64,000 nucleotides of DNA from Eledone cirrhosa. Its lineage: Eukaryota. Shown piece after piece: positions 26,504 to 38,981 of the stretch. The DNA lies in the NCBI GenBank assembly GCA_964016885.1, contig OZ024741.1:59768001-59832000 (forward strand), in the 5' to 3' direction. A program made the position numbers and the translations under genes. The first letter of the stretch is position 1, and each line of letters begins with the position of its first letter. The notes below the pieces were generated by a model. It did no database searches. It was not told the DNA's origin and was given only the letters and a program-made list of their open reading frames with translations.

Positions 26504-26920
26504 TACCCATCTGCCAGATAGTTGAACGTTCGAAAGTATATACTTTCCTTATGAAAATTAACGGCTGAGCAGCCTAATTTGCATATTGAGTGAGTTAAAT
26601 CGGTCAGGCATACCGAAAACGATAAATTGAAACAAAATGAAAACGAAATTTCATTTCTCACTCTTAGTATGGCACTTACTTAAATGTAAGTATGCATGTA
26701 TACGTACATACATATATGTATACAGACGTACAGTAGCATGCACATATATATATATACATATATACATACATATGCATACAGGTACACATACATATATGCA
26801 CGTATCAGTTTAGCGGCGCTAACGTCGCTTTGTTCGTTTGTAAACAAACTGAACAGCCTGAATTTATGCCATACGGTGTTAAGGCAACCACGTCACCTTT
26901 TTGTTCAACACTGACACAGG

Positions 26921-26965
26921 AACGATGTACTAGTTTCAAGCTTGTTAGCTATCATCAGCACCGTT
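26921..26965 (-). ncRNA. Type-I hammerhead ribozyme (array copy 7)
   Basis: Same motif, +924 bp. Confidence 0.8.
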
Positions 26966-27393
26966 TACCCATCTGCCAGATAGTTGAACGTTCGAAAGTA
27001 TATACTTTCCTTATGAAAATTAACGGCTGAGCAGCCTAATTTGCATATTGAGTGAGTTAAATCGGTCAGGCATACCGAAAACGATAAATTGAAACAAAAT
27101 GAAAACGAAATTTCATTTCTCACTCTTAGTATGGCACTTACTTAAATGTAAGTATGCATGTATACGTACATACATATATGTATACAGACGTACAGTAGCA
27201 TGCACATATATATATATACATATATACATACATATGCATACAGGTACACATACATATATGCACGTATCAGTTTAGCGGCGCTAACGTCGCTTTGTTCGTT
27301 TGTAAACAAACTGAACAGTAAGTGCCATACTAAGAGTGAGAAATGAAATTTCGTTTTCATTTTGTTTCAATTTATATATATATATATATATAC

Positions 27394-27431
<38 letters not shown>

Positions 27432-27453
27432 TTATATATATATATATATATAA

Positions 27454-27503
<50 letters not shown>

Positions 27504-27662
27504 TATATATATATTGTTATACTTTGGGAGGGTCATGTTGCCAATAAGAAACACACGCACCAGTTGCTTTCACTTCAATTTATTATAATAAATTTATAAT
27601 AAATTTATAAATTTATAAATTTCTGGTTGGTTGGTTCCACAACCAGATAGTTGTTTATATAT

Positions 27663-27707
27663 AGTCATAGTTCTTTCGTCGCACACTCTGTGACCTCTTC
27701 AGTGACT
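27663..27707 (-). ncRNA. Hammerhead motif in the inverted pLTR
   Basis: Mirror of 29761-29805 with one substitution in helix II. Confidence 0.65.
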
Positions 27708-27787
27708 GGGGATTCCTTTCTTTGTTTCTGTGCCTCTCCTTTGTTCTGTCCTACGCCATTTTGTTTCTGTGTGTGTGTTGTGTGCTC

Positions 27788-29560
27788 TCCCTGATCATAC
27801 GCCCCCGCATTGAAATGTCCCCAGATGTATGTGACCGCACGGAGGACCTCCTCAGCAGAATCGGCGGGAGTAACCGATCTGGGGACCTAACAAACTGCAT
27901 AATAGGCAGTATGGATGTTGTGTCCCTGTATCCATCTATTGACGTGGATTTTGCTGTGGAGAAATGCGTAGAAATGAACAGTGAGAGCAAGGTTGAGTTC
28001 CGTGGGATTGATACCAGTGAGCTGGGACTCCTACTTAGGCTTACCTATAGTAATAATTACCTAGACACATATGACCTTAGCAACCTGTGCCCTACAAGAC
28101 CAGCAAGAGGCAGACCACCTACCATTACCTCAATGGCCAAGAAAACCCACACAGATAGATGGAACGGGTGGACCAGAGCCATACCGACACCCGAAAACCA
28201 CGATGAACTGAAGAAAATGATTGCACATGCGGTAGGGGCCAGCATAAAACTAACCCTTAAGGAACATATGTTCAAATTTAATGGAAAAACATATGCCCAA
28301 GAGGAAGGAGCAGCCATTGGTGTTAGCATTGCAGGCGACATAGCTAACTTATTCATGGCATGGTGGGACAGTAGACTTAAACTTAAAGAACAATTAGAAG
28401 ACCCCTTAACCCTAATAATCTACTCCCGCTACGTTGATGATATAAACATCGTAGTTAAAACACCCCCACTAGAGAACAGTCAGGAACTAGAGAAAAACAC
28501 AATGGAAAGCATCCAGCAAATAGCAAACACCATCCACCAGAGCATTAGAGTTACTATAGACTACCCAAGTAAACACCCCAACCATCGATTACCTGTACTA
28601 GACACAGAGCTCTGGTTAGATACCATTAACAACAAAAAACAAATCCTCCATTCCCATTATGCCAATCCCATGACTTCCAAACATCTGATCCACCGAAACT
28701 CGGCCGTTTCAGACCATACCAAAATCAACATACTGATTGCGGATTTGGTACGGGTGATGAGAAATGTGTCCCGCATGTGCAACCCCGAAGAACTAGAGAG
28801 ACACATACAACACTTCATCCACCGTATGCAGTTCTCTGGCTACAATCAGAGAGATAAACTCAGAGTGTATAGAGGAGCCAGAACCAAATGGGAAAAAATG
28901 GTAAATTATGACATAAATGGGACCGGCCCCTTGTATAGGAGCAAATTTTGGAATAGAATAGAAAGAACTAGGAACAAGGCTAATAGAATGAACTCATGGT
29001 ATGATAGCAATAAATACCAGAGTGTAATGTTCATCGATACAAACCCTAGAGGTGAATTAGCTTACAAATTTAGAAGGGGCCTAAATAAACATAAACTCAA
29101 TATTAAGATAGTAGAAAGACCAGGTACCTCCGTAAAAACACTTATTAGCAAGACATACCCTTTTCAAAGACCCTCATGTATAGATAAGAAATGTATAACC
29201 TGTAAAATAAGCCCCCATATTAACTGTAAAACTAGAAATGTAGTGTATAGCATAAGATGTACTGAAGGACAATGTCGAGACAACAATATAGTGTACATAG
29301 GTGAGACAGCCCGTAGTGTAGGGGAACGGATAAATGAACACTGGCGAGACCTTCAAGATAATAAAGAATCATCTGTACTCTACCAACATGCTAAAATAAA
29401 ACACAAGGGTAAATTAGAGAACATAGAAATAAAAATAGAATCTACACACAGAAAAGACGCAATGTTTAAACAAATTACAGAGGCAATAAACATAAAAGAA
29501 TTACAACCAAAATTAAATAGAAAATATGAGTGGAACAGCAACATCACAACTTACAATTAA
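27788..29560 (+). CDS. PLE reverse transcriptase + GIY-YIG endonuclease (uninterrupted, N-terminally truncated)
   Basis: SMDVVSLYPSI, QEEGAAIG, YSRYVDD, LPVLD, CxxxxCxxC, VVYSIRC...YIGETARSVGERINEH; the track start at 27722 is read-through from the inverted pLTR. Confidence 0.9.
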   Translation, partial: SLIIRPRIEMSPDVCDRTEDLLSRIGGSNRSGDLTNCIIGSMDVVSLYPSIDVDFAVEKCVEMNSESKVEFRGIDTSELGLLLRLTYSNNYLDTYDLSNLCPTRPARGRPPTITSMAKKTHTDRWNGWTRAIPTPENHDELKKMIAHAVGASIKLTLKEHMFKFNGKTYAQEEGAAIGVSIAGDIANLFMAWWDSRLKLKEQLEDPLTLIIYSRYVDDINIVVKTPPLENSQELEKNTMESIQQIANTIHQSIRVTIDYPSKHPNHRLPVLDTELWLDTINNKKQILHSHYANPMTSKHLIHRNSAVSDHTKINILIADLVRVMRNVSRMCNPEELERHIQHFIHRMQFSGYNQRDKLRVYRGARTKWEKMVNYDINGTGPLYRSKFWNRIERTRNKANRMNSWYDSNKYQSVMFIDTNPRGELAYKFRRGLNKHKLNIKIVERPGTSVKTLISKTYPFQRPSCIDKKCITCKISPHINCKTRNVVYSIRCTEGQCRDNNIVYIGETARSVGERINEHWRDLQDNKESSVLYQHAKIKHKGKLENIEIKIESTHRKDAMFKQITEAINIKELQPKLNRKYEWNSNITTYN

Positions 29561-29760
29561 GGACAAAATGAAAACACACACACACATAGAACAAACAACC
29601 AACCAGTAACATATAAATAAACAAATAAATAAATGAACATAAACACACACAGACACCCGGATGTGGCGCATGCGCAGACTGAGCACACAACACACACACA
29701 GAAACAAAATGGCGTAGGACAGAACAATGGAGAGGTACAGAAACAAAGAAAGGAATCCCC

Positions 29761-29805
29761 AGTCACTGAAGAGGTCACAGAGTGTGTGACGAAAGAACTA
29801 TGACT
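29761..29805 (+). ncRNA. Type-I hammerhead motif in PLE pLTR
   Basis: agtca-CTGAAGA-g gtcaca gagtg tgtgac-GAAA-gaa-CTA-tgact. Confidence 0.7.
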
Positions 29806-30013
29806 ATATATAAACAACTATCTGGTTGTGGAACCAACCAACCAACCAGAAATTTATAAATTTATAAATTTATTATAAATTTATTATAATAAATTGAAGT
29901 GAAAGCAACTGGTGCGTGTGTTTCTTATTGGCAACATGACCCTCCCAAAGTATAACAATATCGGTTTCAACACACGTTTTCAGATAAAGAATCTTGCTAA
30001 ACAAATTCAGAAA

Positions 30014-30066
<53 letters not shown>

Positions 30067-30081
30067 CATATATATATATAT

Positions 30082-30111
<30 letters not shown>

Positions 30112-30115
<4 letters not shown>

Positions 30116-30870
30116 TTATTAAAATAACACATTAAAGTTTAAGCAAAGAATCACTGCTTTCACCCTTAACGGGATCTTCTGAAACTAACAAAGTCAATCT
30201 GTAAACGCAGAACTGGATATTTCAAAAAACGTTGCAAGCGGAGGAAGACAGGAAGACGATACTTGGTTCGTGGAAGCGTTCGTTGGCAAAGAACAGGAAA
30301 AAACGAATATAATACGTCATTAATAGGAGCGGTGAATAACAATTACGCGCAAAGACAGAACCACGTTTATGGTATAAAAGAGGTCGTAAACTAATGTTCT
30401 CTTAGGTGGTGCATAGAGACGTTCTCTGGCAATGAACGAAAAAACGAAGATAATAAGTCATATGTGGAGCGTGGCGAACAATAGCACGCAAAGACAAAAC
30501 CACGTAAATGGTATAGCAGAAGTCGTAGACTAAAATTCTAACTAGGAGACCAAATGAATCTCCGCTACAGAGTTAAGAACAAAGTAAATAAATACAATAC
30601 AGAAGTAATAGAAACAAATAAATACATACACGCAAACAGATACGTACATACACAAGCATCCGCAAAACCTTACCATAGGTATACAAAACCACGCACATAT
30701 AAATATGTGTGTGTGTGTATGCTTGTGTACACATAAATAAATAATTATATAAACGTATATAAGTAAATAAATACGTATATAACAAGCGCACACACATACC
30801 TACAAATAAATACACGAATGTTCGGAGACGTAAGTCAACTTTGGATTTTAGTCTTCAATTTTATTATTAT

Positions 30871-30873
<3 letters not shown>
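30112..30873 (-). mobile_element. PLE family B pLTR/3'UTR copy with short inverted tail
   Basis: Homologous to 48470-49200 and 49534-50265; tail piece 30841-30873. Confidence 0.85.
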
Positions 30874-30929
<56 letters not shown>

Positions 30930-31307
30930 CACACACATATGTATATATATATATATGTGTGTGTATTTGCCTTCTCATCAATATTCGCACGTTCTTATGT
31001 TCAAAATGATTCACTGACTTGATTTTCTCATTTTTTCCTCTCTTTACGTTGCCTCACCATTTGTGCTTGTCTACCTGCCTCTCTTTCTCCACCCAACTCT
31101 TTTTATCCCAATAACTTAATTTAATTATTGTATTGCCCTAGCTGGAGGTATATGGTCTGTAATGCGAAGAAATACCTATGATGGCTAGTAGACCACTGAT
31201 GACGGATATTCCTGGCTTCTATTTCTAATTCTTCATTTATTATATATATCCTATTTGCATCAACACAGCTCGCCATTTTTCATTTATATATATATATATA
31301 TATATAT

Positions 31308-31780
31308 AGAGTATTAAGGATACTATTTATGGTTATGTATATACTAAAACTTTTTATAGTTATATATATTTTAAACCCTAAACAGTGAAAGACAGTAATT
31401 TATTACTACCTTATTACCAGTAAGATAAATAGCACAATGTAATAACATCAGTTGTTCTACAGAGCAGTTATATAGAATTCACAGGAATCAAAGCTATGCT
31501 CAAAGCATTTATTAGCTTACAATTGTTTCATCCAAACCGAGGCTGGTAGTCTTCGGAGCATTTTTCAATGTTTGTATACATACATGAGCTCCTTTCCAAC
31601 GCGAGAGACATACAGATACATATGTATATATTGATGTACAGTGGGGTGACATATATTATATTATTTCTGAATGTTAATTTAAATTCAAAAATTAAAATCA
31701 TATTAAAACAGAATCAAAGCAAAATTAAAATTAAAATTAAAATACAACATCAATGCAAATTTAAAATACAATCGGCAGTT
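31308..31780 (-). mobile_element. Probable PLE pLTR remnant with near-canonical hammerhead (31515-31559)
   Basis: Minus strand gct-CCGAAGA-...-GAAA-caatt-GTA-agc, AATAAA downstream, ends at (TA)n; boundaries approximate. Confidence 0.5.
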
Positions 31781-31789
31781 AACGGGTGT

Positions 31790-32510
31790 GCCGGGAGGGC
31801 AGGACCTTTGGAGTGACATCTACGCAATGGCAATTGGGAGAAATAATCCCAATTTTCAAAACAAAAGCGACTATGCTATATGTTCGGAAAAGTTTGTAGG
31901 GATATTGTCAATGGCAAACTAGCTGACGGACAGTGTGGCCCCGGAGGCAACGTTTATACTGCGACAATATTAATACTGCCGTAGGGTTCTGAAAAATCGT
32001 GTGAGCATAGCCAAGGAGTGAATGCCTGTTTTGGAAATCTCGAGAAGGCTTATGGCTGGGTTCGAAGAGACCCGTTGCGGAAGTTTCTGCAGGAGTTCGG
32101 TTTGGATAGACAGATTCTTGTCGTCCGGCTGTATCTCTATGAATGCGATGGTATTTGTATTCGCATCAAATGGAGCTATGTCGAAACCATTTACTGTGAG
32201 TGTAAGATTTCACCAAGTGCGCATACTGACACCTCTCATGTTTATAACCTTCAGCTTAGGATTGACATGCGCGGCCGAGTTGGAAGTGGTACCTGGACTG
32301 GCGAATATAAGATCTGTCGGCTGAAATTTGCAGACGACAGGGTGGTACTTAGCTCGTCAGAAGGTGATTTCCAACGTGCAATTGAAAGGTTCGTTATCGG
32401 GTGCTGCACGGCAGGAATGAAAATCAGTGCTGCGAAGACTGAGAAACTCGTTCTCTCACAGAAGCCTGTGCAATTCTTTGTATATGTCTGTGGAACTCCA
32501 CATCGATGAG
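31790..32510 (+). pseudogene. Highly degraded RTE-like RT fragment
   Basis: CFGNLEKAYGWV; CRLKFADDRVVL...AGMKISAAKTE. Confidence 0.65.
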
Positions 32511-32587
32511 CTCGGTTGGTCTCAACTGGGGATCCATCCGGATGCGTGCTTCAGAATTCTGGAATCAAGCTCCTCTCAGTCATTTGT

Positions 32588-32686
32588 TGAAGAAGAAGAA
32601 GAAGAAGAAGAAGAAGAAGAAGAAGAAGAAGAAGAAGAAGAAGAAGAAGAAGAAGAAGAAGAAGAAGAAGAAGAAGGAGGAGGAGG
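32588..32686. repeat. (GAA)n(GGA)n microsatellite
   Basis: Direct reading. Confidence 0.95.
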
Positions 32687-32840
32687 CATGCAATCTTTGG
32701 GACGGGGAAATTCAATGAAATCAATCCTAGTACAGACAGATGAAAACAAAGTTGACCTCGGCCGGAATTGTAAAGTGCCATAACTGATTACCATAAATTG
32801 CATTTGTTAATTCACCACCTTAATTACCCGAATAATAATT

Positions 32841-33065
32841 AATGATTTCTTGTATAGAAAAAAGGCCAGTAATTTGGGGGAGGGAGGAGAAAATCGATTA
32901 AATCGACCCCGGTTCGGTACTGGTGCTTTATTTTATCAGCCCCGTAAGGATGAAAGGCAAAGTTAACCTCGGCGGGGTTTGAACTCAGACTGTAAAAGAC
33001 CGTAACTCTATGCTGCAAAGCATGGTGCCCGACTCTCTACCGATGCTGCCAATCCACCACCCTTG
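32841..33065 (-). mobile_element. SINE with 14-bp target-site duplication
   Basis: Minus strand B-box gagttcaaacccc and body ctttgcctttcatcctt; TSD cccgaataataatt at 32827-32840 and 33066-33079. Confidence 0.85.
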
Positions 33066-34599
33066 CCCGAATAATAATTGATAAAGAAACGAACTGAAAC
33101 TTAACTGATGCGTGTGTTTTTATTGGCAACATGACACTTCCAATGTTTCACAAAACTAAAATAGAATTAAAGAAAGAATCTCTATATATATAGCGTTGAT
33201 CCGTGATTGAATATTCAGTTGCTATATTGACTCTATCGACAAATCAGACTGTTTCCAACTCCTACTGTGTAATAACAGACATCTAATTGTTCTAGGAATG
33301 TAAGATAATAATATACCATATAGTGGTGTGTGTGAGTGAGTGTTTGTGTATGTGCGTATGTGTCTATGTCTGTGTAGGTGTGAATGTGTGTATTTATATG
33401 TGTATGGTGTTGCGTGGCGTTGTGTTAGGTATAAGTGTGTAGACATGTCATGTGCATGTGTGAGAATTGCGTACGTGTGTGCGTATGAGTGTGCGGGGTG
33501 GTTGTGTGAGAGCGTGTATGTGTACGCGGATGTGTGGGCGAGTGTGTATATGAATAGATGTGTGTGTGTGCATGTGTGTGTATGGTTGGCGTTGTCTGTG
33601 TGTGTGTGTATGTGTGAGTGTGCCTGTCATTAATTTCACGAATTCTTTATTTCTCACACCAGGGGGATTATGATGATGATGATGGTGATGATGATGATGA
33701 TGATGATTTCACACACAGTGAAGCAGGATAGGATAAACACAGTATTTTCTAATTCTAACAGTTACATTATCTATTACAAAATAATATAGATGAAATAAGA
33801 TATCAACATCTCTTTAATTTTCAATTGATTTTAAATGTAGGCATCAATTAATTAGCTTGTAGCTGCCAATTAATTATCACGTATTTATCAAATAATCATC
33901 ATACAATTAGCAATTCTCTAGGTTATAATTTGGCAAGTCTTATTAACCTATCGCGTAAAACAAGTACCATATTTAAGTGAATTAATTTCAATGTTTAAGA
34001 TTCATAAATAACGCTTCTAGCTGAAATTTAGAAGATAATAGGAAACCTATAACCACGTTTACTGTGCAATGGTCGGAAGCTTGTTAGTATTACTCGAAAT
34101 AAAGCTTCGTTGAACCTTGGTCGGCTGATCGAACAACTGAAACTCACATCCGCCGAGACTACGAAACTGACGTTTGGCTATTCCTGTACAAAGTATAGAA
34201 TGCTTAGAACGTTCAATTACAACGAAGGATCATAATAATAATGTAAAAGCACATATACGTATGGCTTCGGTTGCTTTAGATTTCTTGCTCTCAACTATTA
34301 GTTTATTAATATTGAAAGTATGTCTGGCATTCGATTTGATATTACTGCAAAAACCACTTTCTTTGAATCCGTATTTATTACTAATCGATTATTAATGTGA
34401 GGTTTCCAAATATTTAGACACCGTCCAACGAAAATTACAGTAGAATTGCTAGCTTCTTACGAAACCTAATTGCATTCGTAATGAAAGATACCACTGTAAG
34501 CTCTGCGAATCAATGCTACACAAAATGGTACCTAAAAAATCTGTTTTGTCTACTAATGTAGCATACTGATTTGGTTATTATTTCCCTTTGAACTTCAAT

Positions 34600-35462
<863 letters not shown>

Positions 35463-36017
35463 TGAGTAGGTTTCGTTTGATATTTAAATCTATCGAACTG
35501 TTCGATTCTTCGTTATTGAACTTTTCATTCATATTGTATTTTTCTACGAACCGACTAAAATACAAACAACAAAAAAGGCCATTAGAAATCTGTTACCAGT
35601 TTAAATTATTTATTTATGCAATCTGGTAGAGGACATACGTAATCATATTTGACTGCGGCAAAGATAATTGTAAAGATAGCTAAGTATATTAAAAGTGTTA
35701 GATACATATTTACACAAACACAATATCAGAAATAAATATTCGATGATATTGATAAGAAGTGTGTTGTTATCAATACAAAACGTAAGCTTACTTTAGCCAG
35801 TATATCAGAGAGACTACTAAACTCCAACAAACAACAGTTTGGTCGATACATTTTCAGATTAATTATCACTTACAGTTTAGAGACTATATGACCAGCAAGG
35901 AAATCTCTAAGTGATCACACAGCTTGCTACAAATACTAACCATATGCACTTCGAATTAAACCCTATCTCAATTGATCAATGTATTTCAACGTATGTATGA
36001 TGTATGAAGCATAATTA

Positions 36018-36075
36018 AAAAGACTTTGCCAGGTGGTGCTATTAAGTTAAACATGCTTGGCGAAACTTTTCAAAC
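36018..36075 (+). mobile_element. Tiny 3'-end fragment of the CR1-like LINE
   Basis: aaagactttgccaggtggtgctattaagttaaacatg matches 2522-2558. Confidence 0.7.
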
Positions 36076-36354
36076 CCATCAAAATTATCATATTAACAGG
36101 AAAAATAATTGAAAAATATAAAGAGTGGTGTGTCAAGATTAACATGTCTTGAATTCTAACTTCGTTCTATCAAGGTTGACTCAAGTTACATCTACAAAGC
36201 AAAAACATCTTAATTAACATGATCTCTTGTGAAACTATTCGGGAATAGTAAATATAATTTCTTTGTAGATACTATAAAGGACATTTCCCATTCTTTATCA
36301 ATATCTAACACAATTAAATATTTCAATTTTATTTTCACATTAGGCAGCATGTAT

Positions 36355-36565
36355 TTAACGTCCATCGGTTCCGACGACATGTGTTTCAGTTATTCAAACG
36401 ACGAAGCAGCTTGCTCTGCTCGAGAACTTAGCGAACCAGTGGCTCCATATTCAACAAACACGTGTACCCTGAACATATTTCTCAGTTATATTCTGTGTCG
36501 CATATTTTGCGTGACAAAACTGGTACATCGAATTAAAGATACCAATTTTTGCCAGCTGAAGGAAG
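36355..36565 (-). mobile_element. Degraded SINE 3' body
   Basis: tccatcggttccgacgacatgtgtttcagttat resembles 4720-4752. Confidence 0.5.
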
Positions 36566-38356
36566 TGTTTGTTTTAAAGTGTTTATATTTATGGAAAAAT
36601 AAAACCTTCCATGATAATATTATGTAAAAATCTTTGTTAAGTTATACCTCCAAAACCATCTTGAAAACGAGAAAATCTATTTACGCCAAAATGTTTTGAG
36701 GCAGTGATTTTTTACATTAGAAGTATGTTAACGAAAGTTTTAAAATAAGGATTAACAACGAAGAAGATACAACTGAAATTCTTATAAAATGTGGATGAGA
36801 AATAATTTTGCTAGTAAAGAATTCGATGAGGTAATCTAAGTGAAACATTCTTACAGGAAAACGAAAAATAAAAATTAAAAAACATTTTTAATCCGTAAGT
36901 AGGCGAGTTTGCAAGGGATTTCGTTGTAAAACAATTTTGTGTCCAATTTTAATTGTTGTAACTTGTGTCACCAATTTATAATATGCATAGGCACGACTGA
37001 ATAATTGACTGAAACTTTTTTAGCGAGTGTCTCAGTAGTTTTATCAATACTCTCAAAATAAGTAAGTAAATCATTCTAAAAGTTTACCAACATTCACGTA
37101 ATATGCAAATAAATCATTATTATATTTTAGTTGAACATTTACAGCAATTAAAATTGCATCATATTCACCTATTTATAACCGTAATCATGTGACAGAGAAA
37201 CGATTGCGTGATGCGAAGTAGTAATAGACGAAATCATGAAATATTGTTGACGATATTCATGAAAAGCATAGAAATCTAGCAGAACGATAAGAGATATATT
37301 AAATGTTGAACTATGATAGTTTAAGTGGGAGTGTAGAAGGGTCAGTGAGTTACTGTGAGTGGCAGCCTTTGTAATAATATGAGAAGGGAAACAATACAGA
37401 TTTATAGTTAATTACGTTGGGAATGAGAATGTATTAATGAAATAGAAATGCCAGCGGGTAGTATTGAAATGAATTAATCAAACCATTTGAAGGAAACAAA
37501 GTAAATCACGCAGCATCTGATAATGTCAAAAGCTGAATATTTCATTCATAGAAAATACATTAGAAAAAGACATGTTTTTTATCATCTCTTTAAAATAAGG
37601 TCCTTCGGGTTACAAATATTATCAGTGAAATTGTTGATTGAAAATTTTAATTTCCAAACTAAAACTTCTAAACTCTAATAAAATAATAGAATACCAATGG
37701 AAAATGAAATTAAATTCGTGAATTATTATTCATAAAAATTGTGAAAGAATATTAAAAATTAAAACAACCAAAATACATTTTTAAAGATTAACATATCACA
37801 TGGCTATATTATTATTATGTTAAAGTAACTATGACCTCTGTAGTATCTCACATATGATGATGATGACGACAACAAAAACAACAACAACAACAACAACAAT
37901 AACAATGATAATAATAATAACAACAACAACTATATCAAATGTTATGATGGCCGTATCATTATTGTACTAACATAAGGCAATTAAGGTGCATACACAAACT
38001 AGCTTTATGTTTCTTCGTATTAATAATTACTCACACAAAACACAGAATTAATATACATGACAAATTTGTAATCAACGACGAATCATATTGGACATATATT
38101 GTTATTCATGATATTATTGTTGTTGTTCTTGCTGCTGTTGTTGTATGAAACACCTCAACAATTGATGACCAATGATATTGTCGTAATATATTATACTTCA
38201 ACACCCCAGCACTCCCACCACTGCCACCACCACCATCAAAACAACCACCACTATTACCGTTACAACGATCAATATAACCACCACTACTATCGCTATTACC
38301 ACACCAATATGATCATCGCCACCACCACCATATATATATATATGTGTGTGTGTGTG

Positions 38357-38673
38357 AGTCCCTGGTTCAATCGTGGGTTACCACAGTAAGAAGATAATTG
38401 TTTCTACTTTAGGCACAATGCCAGCAATTACCCAGTGCATTACTGGTACTTTATTTTATCGACCCCGTAAGGATGAAAGGCAAATTCAACCTCGGCGGGA
38501 TTTGAACTCAGATCGTAAAGGGACGTAACTATGCTGAACTACCCTCTTCCGTTACTGCCAATCCACCGCCCACAGTAAGAAGATAATCAATACATAATAG
38601 AGTATATACAGGATTTAATATAGAAATGTCTTCTACAGGACTAGAAATGTTTCATTCGAAGGAAATCATCACG
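38357..38673 (-). mobile_element. Family C pLTR/tail remnant split by a SINE
   Basis: Reverse complement of 9749-9873 once 38399-38587 is removed. Confidence 0.65.
38399..38569 (-). mobile_element. SINE with 18-bp target-site duplication
   Basis: TSD ccacagtaagaagataat at 38381-38398 and 38570-38587; B-box gagttcaaatccc on minus. Confidence 0.88.
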
Positions 38674-38703
38674 AAAGCAACAAAGACACACACACACGCC
38701 CAT

Positions 38704-38804
<101 letters not shown>

Positions 38805-38981
38805 TATGTGTGTGTTTGTGGGCACATGTGTATTTGTGTGTCTGTTTTGAACATAATAGAACAAAAGCGAAAGATAGGTTCTTAAATAGTTCATTGTATT
38901 ACGATCGTTTCAGAAGGTTAATTGATCATGATAAATTGATAATCTTTTTTTTAACATATGCACGATAATATATATATATAT

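Larger units (their letters stand above)
25762..27374 (-). repeat. Hammerhead-containing tandem array 2: ~3.4 apparently identical 462-bp units plus an inverted 56-bp tail
   Basis: Exact 462-bp period (ORF-track copies at 25772, 26234, 26696, 27158); fold-back to tail at ~27318. Confidence 0.93.
27511..30015 (+). mobile_element. Penelope-like element, 5'-truncated, with inverted pLTRs and 3' tail
   Basis: pLTR arms 27511-27787 / 29681-29961, tail 29962-30015, flanked by (TA)n; RT + GIY-YIG ORF between the arms. Confidence 0.92.

Noticed and set aside
25762-27374. CRISPR array or repeated small genes (66-72 aa ORFs repeated every 462 bp)
   Set aside because: Units are wholly identical with no unique spacers, there are no cas genes, and the context is eukaryotic; the ORFs lie antisense to the ribozyme and are low-complexity
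27722-27787. Hydrophobic N-terminus (signal peptide) on the PLE ORF
   Set aside because: Read-through from the inverted pLTR; a truncation junction rather than a real start
32427-32803. Poly-E/K/S/L ORFs
   Set aside because: Translations of the (GAA)n microsatellite
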